NCBI GenBank assembly: GCA_965652295.1
Contig: CBFGTS010000006.1
Span: forward strand, 64,001-128,000
Direction of reading: 5' to 3'
DNA length: 64,000 nt
DNA from: an uncultured Haloferula sp.
Lineage (GTDB): Bacteria > Verrucomicrobiota > Verrucomicrobiia > Verrucomicrobiales > Akkermansiaceae
This document shows, in pieces, positions 1 to 11,000 of the stretch (its first letter is position 1; the number at the start of each line of letters is the position of its first letter). The position numbers and the translations under genes were made by a program. The notes beneath the pieces were generated by a model. It was not told the origin of the DNA, did no database searches, and worked only from the letters and a program-made list of their open reading frames with translations.

Positions 1-1362
1 CCGATCCTGCGGCACCTGCACCCCCTGCAACCACACCAGCGCCTCTTCCACCGGCAAGCCGCAGAAATCCTGCACCCCGAGCCAACCGCCAGTCCCCTCG
101 ATCCTCACCGCCAGCACTTCCGGCTTCAGCCGTTTTCCAGCGCACACCCGGCACGGCCGGTCCGCCATCACCCGCGCGACCCGTCGCCGCACCGCCTCAC
201 TCGCCGCCGACCAGTACTTCCGCTCCGCCTCCACGCACAGGCCCTCGTATTTCTTCAACTGCGGTTTTTTCTCCGCGCCCATCTTCCACCCCGTCTCCAG
301 TGTCCCGCCGGAGAAAAGCAACTCCTTCAGCTCCACCGGAAGCCCGGCGAACGCCACCCCTTCCACCCCGAACATCCGCTCCATCGCCTCCGCCTCCCGG
401 GCGAACATCTTCTCCCGCTGCGACTTCGGCTTCCACCATCCTCGCACCGCCTCCGCCAACGGCTTTTCCGGATCGTCCACCAGCAGCGTCGGATCACAAA
501 AACGCTCCGTGCCCAGCCCCTCGCACGCCGGACACGCCCCCAGATGCGAGTTGAACGAAAAATGCCGCGGGCTCAGCTCCCCGATCGTGAAGCCCGTCTT
601 CGGATTCCGGTAGCTCGTCTGAAACGACCGCGCCTCCCACTCCGCCGACTCCGGTCGCTGGACGAGCACCCGCGACTCACTGCCGCAGATCCGCAGCGCC
701 GTTTCCACCGAGTCCGCGATCCGCGACTCCGCTCCGCCGCGCACCACCAGCCGATCGACCACGATCTCCACCTCCCGCACCCGCTCCGGCCAGGCCGCCT
801 CCACCTCATCCAGGTCCAGCATTTCCCCATCCACCCGGATCCGCACGAATCCCTGCCGCTTCAAATCCGCCACCAGCCGTGCCACCTCCGCCGCCTCCTC
901 CCGCGGCACCGGAGCCAGCACCACCACCTTCGTCCCCTCCGGCTCCGCCGAAAGCGCCGCGACGATGTCCCCCGCACCCATCTTCTCCAGCCGCTCGCCC
1001 GTCGCCGGGTCATGCGGCGTCCCCGCCGCCGCCCACAGCACCCGCAGGTGCTCGTAGATCTCCGTCGCCGTCGCTACCGTCGATCGCGGATTCAGCCCGC
1101 CGCTCCGCTGCTCGATCGCGATTGCCGGGCTCAACCCCTCGATCGCATCCACGTCCGGCTTTTCCAGCTGATCGAGGAACTGCCGCGCATACGCCGAGAG
1201 CGACTCCACGAACCGCCGCTGCCCCTCCGCGAACAGCGTGTGAAACGCCAGCGACGATTTTCCGCTCCCGCTCGGCCCCGTCACCACCACCAGCTTCTCC
1301 CGCGGAATCTCCAGATCGAGGTTCCTCAAATTGTGCTGCCTCGCCCCACGAATCCGGATCAC
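1..1362 (-). CDS. uvrA: Excinuclease ABC subunit A (5' part; runs off the left edge)
   Basis: Absent from the ORF track. Reverse strand from GTG at 1362 reads [63 protein letters not shown], the canonical UvrA N-terminus with Walker A. Confidence 0.96.
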   Translation of the reverse strand, partial: MIRIRGARQHNLRNLDLEIPREKLVVVTGPSGSGKSSLAFHTLFAEGQRRFVESLSAYARQFLDQLEKPDVDAIEGLSPAIAIEQRSGGLNPRSTVATATEIYEHLRVLWAAAGTPHDPATGERLEKMGAGDIVAALSAEPEGTKVVVLAPVPREEAAEVARLVADLKRQGFVRIRVDGEMLDLDEVEAAWPERVREVEIVVDRLVVRGGAESRIADSVETALRICGSESRVLVQRPESAEWEARSFQTSYRNPKTGFTIGELSPRHFSFNSHLGACPACEGLGTERFCDPTLLVDDPEKPLAEAVRGWWKPKSQREKMFAREAEAMERMFGVEGVAFAGLPVELKELLFSGGTLETGWKMGAEKKPQLKKYEGLCVEAERKYWSAASEAVRRRVARVMADRPCRVCAGKRLKPEVLAVRIEGTGGWLGVQDFCGLPVEEALVWLQGVQVPQDR

Positions 1363-1370
1363 GGAAACGA

Positions 1371-1443
1371 GCTTCAAGTTTCACGCGGGCAGTTTCAAGT
1401 GATGAGGTGGCGGGCTTGAAACTTGAATCTTGAACCTCGAAGC
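1371..1443. repeat. Inverted array of ~7-bp repeats (TTTCAAG / CTTGAAA)
   Basis: GCTTCAAGTTTCA...GTTTCAAGT on the left and CTTGAAACTTGAATCTTGAACCTCGAAGC on the right, between divergent uvrA and trpF. Confidence 0.6.
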
Positions 1444-1450
1444 TTGCCCC

Positions 1451-2083
1451 GTGCTCGCCCGATTCCTCGATCCCTCATTCTGCTCGCTGAAGATCTGCGG
1501 CGTCACCCTCGCCTCCGATGCGGAACAGCTCGCCGAACTCGGCGTCGATGCCCTCGGTGCCAATTTCTGGCCGCAATCGAAACGCTACCTCGATCCCGGA
1601 CACGCGGCCTTCTTGAAGGACCTCGCCGGCCGCATCCTCCGCGTCGGCGTCTTCGTCAACTCCGGGCCCGACCAGCCCCGCCGGCTTTTCGAGGACGGCT
1701 ACATCGACGCCGTCCAACTCCACGGCGATGAACCGGAAACCGACCTCCGTGCCCTCGCAGGGTCCGGCGTTCCCCTCATCCGCTCCGCCACCCTCGCCAA
1801 CGCCCACGTCCCCGAGGTCCCCGCCGCACTACTGCTCGATGCCCACGCTCCCGGTATTTACGGCGGCACCGGCCAGACCATCGATTGGACTGCCGCCGCC
1901 GACTTCATCCGCCAGCACCCCCGCCTCTCCGTGATCCTCGCCGGCGGCATCGTCCCCGCCAACGCCGCCGAAGCCATCCGCCTCGTCCGCCCCTGCGCCA
2001 TCGACACCGCCTCCGGAGCCGAGTCCTCCCCCGGCATCAAGGATTTCGAAAAAGTCCGCGCTCTTCAAAAGGCACTTTCCTGA
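1451..2083 (+). CDS. trpF: Phosphoribosylanthranilate isomerase
   Basis: Motifs KICGVT, VQLHGDE, YGGTGQTIDW, ILAGGI and IDTASGAESSPGIKD. Start taken at GTG 1451; the ORF track start of 1430 lies inside a repeat. Confidence 0.93.
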   Translation: MLARFLDPSFCSLKICGVTLASDAEQLAELGVDALGANFWPQSKRYLDPGHAAFLKDLAGRILRVGVFVNSGPDQPRRLFEDGYIDAVQLHGDEPETDLRALAGSGVPLIRSATLANAHVPEVPAALLLDAHAPGIYGGTGQTIDWTAAADFIRQHPRLSVILAGGIVPANAAEAIRLVRPCAIDTASGAESSPGIKDFEKVRALQKALS

Positions 2084-2171
2084 TTTGGAACGCGAGCTTC
2101 AGAGGCTGCTGAAACCGCAATCCGCTTGCATCTACAGCCAAGAGGCGTTTGATTTCCCGCGCCACTCCTTC

Positions 2172-2597
2172 ATGCGCGGTTCTCCCATTTTTCGCACGTT
2201 CTTCCTCGTCCTCGGGCTCGCCCTCGCGGCCTTCGGCGTGCGTGAACTCACCCGCCCGGCCGCACCCGCTCCCCTCCGGGAAACTCCGGAGAAGGCTGCA
2301 GCCCCGGATCGGATTGAGATCCCCTTCGAGCTGACCCTCTCCGCTCCGGCCCGGGAAATCCTCATCGAATCTTCCGGCGACGCCCAATCGCTCGCCCCCG
2401 ACCGCCAGGTCCTCACCGGCACCCTTTTCGCCGAGGACGACCATCCCGCCATTTTCGTGACGATCCGCTGGGCGGAAAACGATGGCAGCCCGCGTTTCGC
2501 CAAGCTCCGTCTCGAACCGCCCGGCTCCGCCACCCGAACCAAAATCTTCGACGCCACCGGCGATCTCGAAGACGTCTGGGAACCCCACCTCCACTGA
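2172..2597 (+). CDS. Hypothetical protein with N-terminal membrane anchor
   Basis: ATG 2172, hydrophobic segment FFLVLGLALAAFGV, ends WEPHLH, 2 bp before the ABC ATPase. Confidence 0.7.
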   Translation: MRGSPIFRTFFLVLGLALAAFGVRELTRPAAPAPLRETPEKAAAPDRIEIPFELTLSAPAREILIESSGDAQSLAPDRQVLTGTLFAEDDHPAIFVTIRWAENDGSPRFAKLRLEPPGSATRTKIFDATGDLEDVWEPHLH

Positions 2598-2599
2598 TC

Positions 2600-3367
2600 T
2601 TGGCTTCCGACCCCCACGAGTGCTGCAAGCATCACGACCACCACCACGAGCTGGTCGTCACGGATCTCTGCGTCCGCTACCGCCGCGTCACCGCGCTCAA
2701 GGACGTGAACCTCGCCACCTCCTGTGGCACCCGCGTCGCCCTCATCGGGGCCAATGGTGCCGGCAAGTCCACCCTCATCAAGGCCATCGCCGGCCTCGTC
2801 CCCCGTGCGTCCGGCAGCATCCGGTGGCGCGGCACCGCCGTCCGCCGTTGGTCGCGCGAGTTCGCCTACCTGCCCCAGCGCGAGGAGGTCGATTGGTCGT
2901 TCCCCATCACCGTCCGCGGCCTCGTCGAGATGGGCCGCTACCCCCAGACCGGCATGTGGGGCCGTTTCACGGAAAAGGACGACGACGCCGTCGAGCAGGC
3001 CCTCGCCACGCTCGACCTGCTCGACCTCGCCGACCGCCAGATCCGGGAACTCTCCGGCGGTCAGCAGCAGCGCGCCTTCCTCGCCCGCTCGATCGCCCAG
3101 GAAGCCCACGTCCTCCTGCTCGACGAACCCTTCACCGGCCTCGACCGTCGCGCCTCGCTCCAGCTCGGAGAGACCCTCCGCGACCTCGCCCGCGAAGGTC
3201 GGCTCATCATCGCTTCCCACCACGACCTCAACACCGCCCGGCAGCTCTTCGACCAAGCCCTGCTTCTCGCCACCCGCCCCATCGCCTTCGGCCCCGCCGC
3301 GGAGGTCCTGACGGAGGAAAACCTCGCCCTCACCTTCGACGGGCCCTCTTCCCTGCCAGTGGCATGA
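2600..3367 (+). CDS. Mn/Zn/Fe metal ABC transporter ATP-binding protein
   Basis: GANGAGKST, YLPQREEVDWSFPITV, LSGGQQQR and LLLDEPF; Cys/His-rich N-terminus. Confidence 0.92.
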   Translation: MASDPHECCKHHDHHHELVVTDLCVRYRRVTALKDVNLATSCGTRVALIGANGAGKSTLIKAIAGLVPRASGSIRWRGTAVRRWSREFAYLPQREEVDWSFPITVRGLVEMGRYPQTGMWGRFTEKDDDAVEQALATLDLLDLADRQIRELSGGQQQRAFLARSIAQEAHVLLLDEPFTGLDRRASLQLGETLRDLAREGRLIIASHHDLNTARQLFDQALLLATRPIAFGPAAEVLTEENLALTFDGPSSLPVA

Positions 3368-3389
3368 CCAGAAGCCGCTCCATCTCCAC

Positions 3390-4226
3390 GTGAGCATTGA
3401 ACTACTAGACTCCCCGTTTTTCCAGCGCGCCCTCGCCGCCGCGCTCGTCATCGGCTTCGCGAATGGCTTCTTCAGCGGCTTCGTCGTGCTGCGCAAACAC
3501 GCCCTCTCCGTCAGCGCCCTTTCCCACACGATGCTTCCCGGGATCACGCTCGGTATCGTCGTCGCCGGCGCGCTCACCCAGGCCAGCGCCTTTCTCGGCG
3601 CGCTTTTCGCCGCCCTCATCGTCGGTCTCGGCTCCGTCGCCGTCGCCCGCGGAAACCGGATTTCCCAAGGAACCGCGCTCGCCGTCATCTACACCAGCGC
3701 CTTCGCCGCCGGCGTCGCCATCCTTCCCCGGCTCGATACCCGCCACGAGCTGGAGCACTGGCTTTTCGGCGATATCCTCGCCGTCGGCACCGGCGACCTG
3801 TGGATCGCCCTCGGCATCGGCGGCACCATGCTTCTCACCGCCAACCTCCTGATGCGGCCGCTGCTGCTCACCCTCTTCGAACCGAACGTCGCCGCCGCCC
3901 AGGGCGTCCCGGTACGAACCATGCAGTACTTGGTCTTCGGCCTGCTCGTCCTCTCGCTCGTCGCCTCGCTCCAAGCCGTCGGCTGCGTGCTCTCCGTCGG
4001 CCTGCTCGTCGCTCCCGCCGCCACCGTTTCGCTGCTGACCGATCGCACCTCGCTGCTCTTCTGGGGCGGCGGCCTGCTGGGAGCTTCGGGGGCCGTCGGC
4101 GGCGTCCTCCTCGCCGCCTCCACCAACCTCGCGCCCGGTCCCGTCATCGTCATGGTGCTCGGAGCCTGTTTCCTCCTCGCCTGGCTTTTCAGCCCCAAAT
4201 ACGGGGCCGCGTTGCGCAAGCGCTGA
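3390..4226 (+). CDS. Metal ABC transporter permease (ZnuB/MntB, ABC-3 family)
   Basis: Multi-TM protein with ALSHTMLPG, LFGDILAV and SLQAVG motifs, directly after the metal ABC ATPase. Confidence 0.92.
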   Translation: MSIELLDSPFFQRALAAALVIGFANGFFSGFVVLRKHALSVSALSHTMLPGITLGIVVAGALTQASAFLGALFAALIVGLGSVAVARGNRISQGTALAVIYTSAFAAGVAILPRLDTRHELEHWLFGDILAVGTGDLWIALGIGGTMLLTANLLMRPLLLTLFEPNVAAAQGVPVRTMQYLVFGLLVLSLVASLQAVGCVLSVGLLVAPAATVSLLTDRTSLLFWGGGLLGASGAVGGVLLAASTNLAPGPVIVMVLGACFLLAWLFSPKYGAALRKR

Positions 4227-4303
4227 CCGCGGAACTGCGCATCAGCGGGCAGGTTTTCGGGCTTTCCATGGTCCGCACCTTCGGCGAAGTTCCCCGGCCG
4301 TTC

Positions 4304-4582
4304 ATGAAGCCCGCCCTCTTTTTCCTGCCGCTCGTCCTCGTTGCCTGTGCATCGAAGGAGGCCGTTGTGGAAGAGCCCGCTCCGGCCCCCACCCCGTCGG
4401 AGGAAATTACTCCAGCGGTCGTCGACGAAGCGCCGCAGGAGCCTCTTCCCGCTCCGGGCGAGGACTTGGGCCTGCTGGAGCCCGAGGAGCTGACCGCCAT
4501 GCCCGAAGACCGCGACATGCGCCCGACGGTCAATCCCGGCGAGGCAAACCCGATCATCGCCACGCCACCGGCCGGGCGGTGA
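4304..4582 (+). CDS. Small Pro/Glu-rich lipoprotein, hypothetical
   Basis: MKPALFFLPLVLVAC lipobox signal followed by a low-complexity acidic region. Confidence 0.7.
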   Translation: MKPALFFLPLVLVACASKEAVVEEPAPAPTPSEEITPAVVDEAPQEPLPAPGEDLGLLEPEELTAMPEDRDMRPTVNPGEANPIIATPPAGR

Positions 4583-4939
4583 TCCGGCGGACCTGATCGA
4601 CCCACTCCGCGAAAACGTAATCGCCGGAATATCAAATTAGGTTAAATATTCACCTGCTTTCACGAATCAGCCCCCGAACCGATTCACGAAAGCGTCCGCA
4701 GGTCCGCCCGCGTTCTGCCAAACCTGTTCCCACAGGCCGCATTCCTCGTTTTGTTCCCACAGATCATTCGGCACCCCGCTTCCGGAAAACCTCTCCTCGA
4801 GGCCCAGGAGCGGGGTTCGATGTTTCAGCGTCTCACGTTTCCCGGAAACGCCTCGCCGATCACCGCAGCTCCCCCTCGATCAGGAGCCGCCGGGCGTGGC
4901 GGAAGCAAGATCAGGAATCGATCCGCGTATGCGTGAGGG

Positions 4940-7366
4940 ATGTCGAGTAGGTCCATCATCGTCACCCATGTCTCCCTGATCGCCGGTGCCCTGACCGCAG
5001 CGGGCGAGGAGAAGGTGTCCTATGACGACCACATTTTCCCTCTTTTCGAACAGTCGTGCCTGAACTGCCACAACCCGGACAAGACCAAGGGCGGACTCGA
5101 TCTTTCCTCCTACAGCGGTGCGATGAAGGGCGGCTCGGGCGGAAAGATCGCCGAGGCGGGCGACCTGGACTCGAAACTCCTCGTCGTGGTCAGGCAGACC
5201 TCCGAACCGAAAATGCCGCCGGAAGGTGACAAGCTCGGCGACGACAAGATCGCCCTGCTGAAATCGTGGATCGAGGGCGGCCTGCTGGAAAACCAGTCGT
5301 CCACGGCGAAGAAGCCCTCGAAACCGAAGTTCGACCTCGCCATGTCCGCCGATCCGACGGCCAAACCGGACGGCCCACCGCCGATGCCGCAGCATGTCCT
5401 GCTGGAGCCGGAAGTCGTCGCCGATCGCGCCGCCGCCGTGCAAGCGATGGCGACCTCGCCATGGGCACCGCTGCTCGCCGTCACGGGACAAAGGCAGGTG
5501 CTGCTGTTTGATACTGGAGGCCTCGTACTAGCCGGCGTGCTGCCGTTTCCGGAAGGCGATCCAACCTCGCTCGCCTTCACTTCCAACGGTCGCTATCTCA
5601 TCGTCGGCGGTGGCATCCCGGGAAAATCCGGCCTCACGGCGACCTTCGACGTCACCACCGGGGAGCGCCTGATGACCATCGCCAAGGAGTTCGATACCAT
5701 CCTCGCCTGCGATCTGCGGCCGGAACTCGACGCTGTGGCCACCGGATCGCCTTCGCGCCGTATCAAATTCTGGAAAACCGACGACGGCTCGCAAGTCACC
5801 TCCATCAAGAAGCACACCGACTGGGTGACCGCGCTCGACTTCTCTCCGGATGGCGTGCTGCTGGCTACCGGCGACCGCAATGGCGGCGTGTGGGCCTGGG
5901 AGGCCGCGACCGGCAACGAATTCCACACCCTGCGCGCGCACCAGGCCGGGATCACCGCGGTGGCCTTCCGTGCGGACTCGAACGTGCTCGCCTCCGCCTC
6001 GGAGGACGGCACGGTGCGTTTTTGGGAAATGAACAACGGCGGGGAAATCCGGAAGATCGACGCCCACCCCGGCGGTGCGCTCGGTTTCTCCTGGGCGCGC
6101 GATGGCTCCTTCGCCACCTGCGGGCGGGATGGAAAAGCGAAGCTGTGGAAGCCGGATTTCAATCATCGCCGCGACATCGGCGAACTGCCCGATCTACCGG
6201 TGACCATCGCACTGGCTGCCGATGGCAAACGCGCCTTCATCGCCTGCTACAACGGCCAGGTGCTGGTGCACGACGTGGAGAGCGGGAACAGGATCGGCGG
6301 TTTCGACTCGAATCCTCCAGCGATCGAAACCCGCCTGATCGCCCTGCGCGAGGACCTCGACCAGCAGCCCCAGCGGATTGCCGAAGCCACCCGGGCGCGG
6401 GACGAAGCCCGGCGGTTGGCGGATGAAGCGCGCTTGTCGCTGGCAGCCCTGGAACAGAGGAGAACCAAATCCGATGCAAAAGCCGCGGAAGCCGACCGGC
6501 TGCATCAGGAGAAACGGGCGGAACTCGATACCCGTCAGGCCGAACTCGAACCGCTGGCCAAGGAACACGACGCCCTCTCGCAAGCCGTCGCCGAGGCCGG
6601 CCGCCAGTCGGACGAAAAGCGGGCTGCGCTTGCTTCCCTAATGACTTCTCTTGAGGACGCACGCATACGCGTGACCGCCACAGAGCAGGACACTCCGGAG
6701 TTCGATGTTTCCCAGCAGGAGCTTTCCGACCTTGAGCGGCAACATCGCGAAACGTCCGAACAGCTCGCCTCCTTGGAAGCCCGGCGTCAGGCTTCGCAAC
6801 AGCAGCTCGGCGAGCTGAACCCGCGAATCACCGGCCTGGAGGCACAGCTTGACACGACGAAGCAGTCGGTGGACGAGAGTCATCGGGCGCTGGAAGCCTC
6901 CAAGACGGAAGCGGAGGACACTCGGAAGGAGCTGGAGGCAAAAAGCAACGAATTCGAGCAGCGGCGAAAATCACTGGAGGAGCAGGAAGCCAGGCTCACC
7001 TCGGAAACGAAACGCCTCGAAGCGCTGCGCCGCGACCAAGCTCGCTGGGCGTCGGCCGCGATCAGCACGCAAGCCCTCCGGACCCGGGCCGAAGCAGCCA
7101 CTGCCATGACCGCCGCGGAAGATCTCGCCCGACAATTCGATGCCGCCCAATCCGGGTTCCAAGCCTTGGTGACGTCGCTTCAAGCCGCGCGCGCCGCGGG
7201 CGAGGCGGAGGTTCACAGACGGGAAGAGGGGCTCCGGCAGGCGGAGTCCGATCTGATGAAACTGGGCAAACGCGTCGGCGAGGCGCTTTCCGAGGCCGAT
7301 CGTCTCCAGCGGGAGGCCGACCGTTTGCAATCCGAATACCGAGCCTCGCTGGGACGACCGGAATAG
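4940..7366 (+). CDS. Planctomycete cytochrome c domain + WD40 repeats + long coiled coil
   Basis: CLNCH heme motif, KGGLDL and MPP..L..WIEGG (PSCyt1-like); WD40 repeats HTDWVTALDFSPDG and SASEDGTVRFWE; E/Q/R/A-rich C-terminal half. Confidence 0.85.
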   Translation: MSSRSIIVTHVSLIAGALTAAGEEKVSYDDHIFPLFEQSCLNCHNPDKTKGGLDLSSYSGAMKGGSGGKIAEAGDLDSKLLVVVRQTSEPKMPPEGDKLGDDKIALLKSWIEGGLLENQSSTAKKPSKPKFDLAMSADPTAKPDGPPPMPQHVLLEPEVVADRAAAVQAMATSPWAPLLAVTGQRQVLLFDTGGLVLAGVLPFPEGDPTSLAFTSNGRYLIVGGGIPGKSGLTATFDVTTGERLMTIAKEFDTILACDLRPELDAVATGSPSRRIKFWKTDDGSQVTSIKKHTDWVTALDFSPDGVLLATGDRNGGVWAWEAATGNEFHTLRAHQAGITAVAFRADSNVLASASEDGTVRFWEMNNGGEIRKIDAHPGGALGFSWARDGSFATCGRDGKAKLWKPDFNHRRDIGELPDLPVTIALAADGKRAFIACYNGQVLVHDVESGNRIGGFDSNPPAIETRLIALREDLDQQPQRIAEATRARDEARRLADEARLSLAALEQRRTKSDAKAAEADRLHQEKRAELDTRQAELEPLAKEHDALSQAVAEAGRQSDEKRAALASLMTSLEDARIRVTATEQDTPEFDVSQQELSDLERQHRETSEQLASLEARRQASQQQLGELNPRITGLEAQLDTTKQSVDESHRALEASKTEAEDTRKELEAKSNEFEQRRKSLEEQEARLTSETKRLEALRRDQARWASAAISTQALRTRAEAATAMTAAEDLARQFDAAQSGFQALVTSLQAARAAGEAEVHRREEGLRQAESDLMKLGKRVGEALSEADRLQREADRLQSEYRASLGRPE

Positions 7367-7374
7367 CCGCCGCT

Positions 7375-8046
7375 TCAAGCGCCTTGGGGCGACGGAGTAA
7401 CCGGCTCGTCGATGGCCCGGTAAGTGACCTTTCCGGTTTCCGGATTCACAAAGAAAAAGATATACGAGCGGATGCCCTTGTCGATCGGCCAGCGGGTTTT
7501 GCTGATCGTGCGGTCCCCGGTTTCCTCGCGGACCCCGAAGCCGACGTTGTAGTATTTCCCGTTCACCGGACCCTTGGGTCTCAGGAACGTGCCCTTTCCC
7601 GGAAGGAGGGCGAAGCGGGCGTCACCCACATATCCCATCACGCCTTTGTTCGAGTGGTTGTGGAAATACACATCTCCGATTTTGAATTTCTCGTTCACCG
7701 CGGGGATCACCACGGATTCGTAACCGCCTTCTTTGGACGGGAGGAGGAGAACGATGAACTGATCTCCCTCTTCGGGGAGTTCCACTTTCGCCAGCTCAGT
7801 GGCGGCGTCCGCCGGCTTCAGTCCGAAGCTTCGCGCGGGAGCCTTGATCGGTTCGCTCACATGATTGACCGGAAGCACGAAAGGATCGCTCGTCTTTTCA
7901 CCCGCCACCAACACCACCGCTCCCAGGTCCTTCGGAGTGCGTTCGGCCAACAGCCTTACCTGGAGCCCTTTCCCGCCCGCTGTCTGAGCACTCAGGGGCG
8001 TGGTCAACAATGCGGAAAACAACAAGGCGAAGAGGAATCGGAACAT
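7375..8046 (-). CDS. Secreted hypothetical protein
   Basis: Signal peptide MFRFLFALLFSALLTTPLSA; directly downstream of the PilX-like gene on the same strand. Confidence 0.75.
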   Translation of the reverse strand: MFRFLFALLFSALLTTPLSAQTAGGKGLQVRLLAERTPKDLGAVVLVAGEKTSDPFVLPVNHVSEPIKAPARSFGLKPADAATELAKVELPEEGDQFIVLLLPSKEGGYESVVIPAVNEKFKIGDVYFHNHSNKGVMGYVGDARFALLPGKGTFLRPKGPVNGKYYNVGFGVREETGDRTISKTRWPIDKGIRSYIFFFVNPETGKVTYRAIDEPVTPSPQGA

Positions 8047-8063
8047 GATTTGGGAATCTAGGC

Positions 8064-11000
8064 TCAAACTTCGTCGGGATGCAACCAGCGGAACGAGGTC
8101 ATCGTGAATCGACGCCCGAAGTCCTTGCTGGCCTCGCCGCGGAGGTCATCGAGCTCGGTCTCCGGCTCATCCGTCGGATCAAGGTAGTCCTTCTGCCGTT
8201 CGACGGTCGCCTCACACCATGCACGGGCGACCACTTTTCCGTTTTTCGCCAACGATTCCCCGTAGGCGCGGATGACGAACGTGTCCGAGCGCACGGAAAG
8301 CAACGGCGCGATCGGCGTCAGAATGTCAGCCTGTTTGACGAGCCCCGGTGCGCCGAAGGCCTTCGGTCCTTCCTCCGCCTCCGAGAAGGCGAACACGCTT
8401 GCCGCCGAACGATCGACCGAGCGTGAGCCACGGTTGAAACCGCTGTTGATGCCGACTTCGTCCGAGTCGAGCGCGCTTTGGATGGCACCGCAGCGCGCGA
8501 AATCCTCATCGCTTCCCGGCCTCCGATTCACGAAGTCCGCGAGGCTGAGAAAAGGACCGCGTTTCCTGACCTCTCTCACGATGGCGTAGGCGAGGCTCTC
8601 GATCTCGTCCTCCGACAACTCGCGACGCCCCACCCACTGGCTCGGCTCCGTCAGGTCGAGGTTGTTCGAGCCATCACACAGCTCGTCCTGAGGCGTTAAC
8701 AAGCCGGAAACGGGCACCTCCTCTCCAGCCGTCACCCGCTCCTTGCCGTCCATGTCCTGCACCACCACCGGCTGTTCCCGGAGCCCGCCCAACAGGGATT
8801 TCCAGGCCTCGACCGAGGTCGAGTTGACATTGAACATGCCATCCACCTTGAGCAGGCTGGCGACCAGAAAAGTGGCATCATCGTTCGGCTGGGTGCCGCT
8901 GATAAGGTCGCCGACCACGGACGTGGCATCCTCGTTTCCGAGGTTGGGCCGGTACCGGACCACCGGCAGGTTGGCATCACCACTGAAGAATTCTTCCGCT
9001 ACTTCACGTTGAGAACGGGACCCGGCAAAGCCCGGCCCGGTCTGGGGCGCGATGCCCGAAAAGAACCATTCGTCCCACAGGGCCAGATTCGCGAGATACG
9101 AATGGTCGGCCATCGGGCGGCCGCCGGGAAGGCTGCCCTCGGTCTCGCTCGAATCCATCATCGGAGGAGCCATCGAGTTGCCGATCGCGTGAGCGATCTG
9201 TGGCAGGAGCGGTTCGCGAGCGCTGAGGGCCGCATAGCCATACGGCGGACGCTGGGTGATGAAGCCGTTCGCGAAAGAATGCTGGAGTGCTCCCAGGGAA
9301 ACGATCGGCTCGCGGGGCACCGAATGAGTAATGATCGTGTTGGTTCCCGTCTCGGCGGTGAGGCCCCCGCCGTAGTAACTCCGACCCTGCTCATCCACTT
9401 CGATCTTCCCCTCCTTCCAGCTGATGATCGGCTGGACCCGGTACTCATACGGCAGGATGGCCCGCTCCTGCTCGGACATGTCATAAAAATCGACATGATG
9501 CGCCTTGGGATTGAACCGCGACAAGATGCGCGTGCCCATTTGCGCGTCCACCTCGGTCTTGGCTTCGAATGAAAAGACCATGAAGGGTGCCTTGTCGGAC
9601 AGCAGCTGGCTCAGACTCAACGGCCTTGCCTGCCCGGCGGTGAGCGGCGGGAAGACATCGGGAAGGCGGTTGGCGTAAAGCCGTTCCCTTGGGTTCTTGG
9701 TGCCGGGAGTTCCCTCTCCCCGGGTCTGTCGTCGCGCCGCTCTCTTGTTCCCGAAATCGTAGTCGATATAGATCCCACCCACGCCAAGGCTGTTGGCTCC
9801 TCGATCTTCGCCCATATAGAACTCGTGGTGCGTCATCGAGAAATGGCGAGTATGGGCCGGGCCTCCGGCAAGGGATCGACCGCTCCGGCTCGTCGCTCCA
9901 GCCGTCAGATCGTTAGCCCGCGCGGTGTAACGGACCACCGAGTTGCCGGCGAGATCAATGGGATTCCCATTCAGATCCCGCAGCGGAAGGGAGACCCCTC
10001 CCTCGTAGTGGAATCCCGCCCCGGCGAGCAGGTTGTGGTTGGTCTGATTGTTGGCATTCACGATCGTCGGGCGATTCTGGGAAAACCTCACCACCTCTCC
10101 CGGCTTCATGACAAGTTGCTCGCTGCGACCAATCACCAAGGACAGGTAGTTGTTGTCACTGTTGGCGGTGATTTTCCCCCCGGAAAGGGTGGAAATCAGG
10201 GGACATCGCCGGGGAGCGCCGGCACCCACCTCAAGATAGAGATCGTAGGGAACCTGCCAGTATTTCACGGAGAAGATGTTATTCCTCGGCAATACCACCG
10301 GCACATCGAGCGGATTCCAGAGAGTGATGACCGGATCTCCGACGAGATGCAGCCGGTTCACAGTCTGGCCATTGGAAGCCGTCACCCGCCGCGCTTCGAA
10401 GGAGAGGATCAACTGGTAGCTGAGCACCACGGGCTGCTTGAAATAGTAGAAATCGTCGCGCTGAGCCTGGGCGGCGTTGACCGGCAACTGGAGGTACGGA
10501 GTGTCGGCTCCGATACGTCCGCCCGTGGTATACTGCGGCCCCGGCCCCTCACTCAGGTCGCTGTGAAGTTGATAGAAAGCCGTGAGTTCCTCGAAGTTCA
10601 CGCCGTCCTCCCTGTTAACCTCATAAAGAGCTTCTTTCGACGACGCACCGACCGAGCGTTCCAGCTCCATCGAGAGATCCTTGCGGAAGCCCCCACGCCG
10701 GACATCCACCAGCAGCCCCGTCGAGTGTCCCGCGAGGTCGTGAAAAAGCGGACCGGCTTCCGCAGGCGATGACGCCAGCAGCCCCGCCTGTTTCCAGCCG
10801 GTCACCTTCGCCAGCCGCGGATCATAGGGAGCGAGGTCCGAAAAAGGCTGCTCTCCGATCGCCTCTGCGAGTTCCACCGCATCCCGCGGAGTTCCCTGCA
10901 GCTGGTTGCGAGCCAGTGACTTCACCTCCGGCCGCTCCGTTTCCGGTGCGGTGACCGACGCTTTCAGGCCTTGATCGCCCACCCACCAGGCGATGCGGGG

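Noticed and set aside
544..1419. 291-aa plus-strand ORF and other ORFs over 1-1400
   Set aside because: Arg/Pro-rich shadows of uvrA, which lies on the minus strand and was missed by the ORF track because it runs off the edge.
4725..4762. TGTTCCCACAG repeats as DnaA boxes / replication origin
   Set aside because: Three mismatches to TTATCCACA, only two copies, and no dnaA, dnaN or gidA context.
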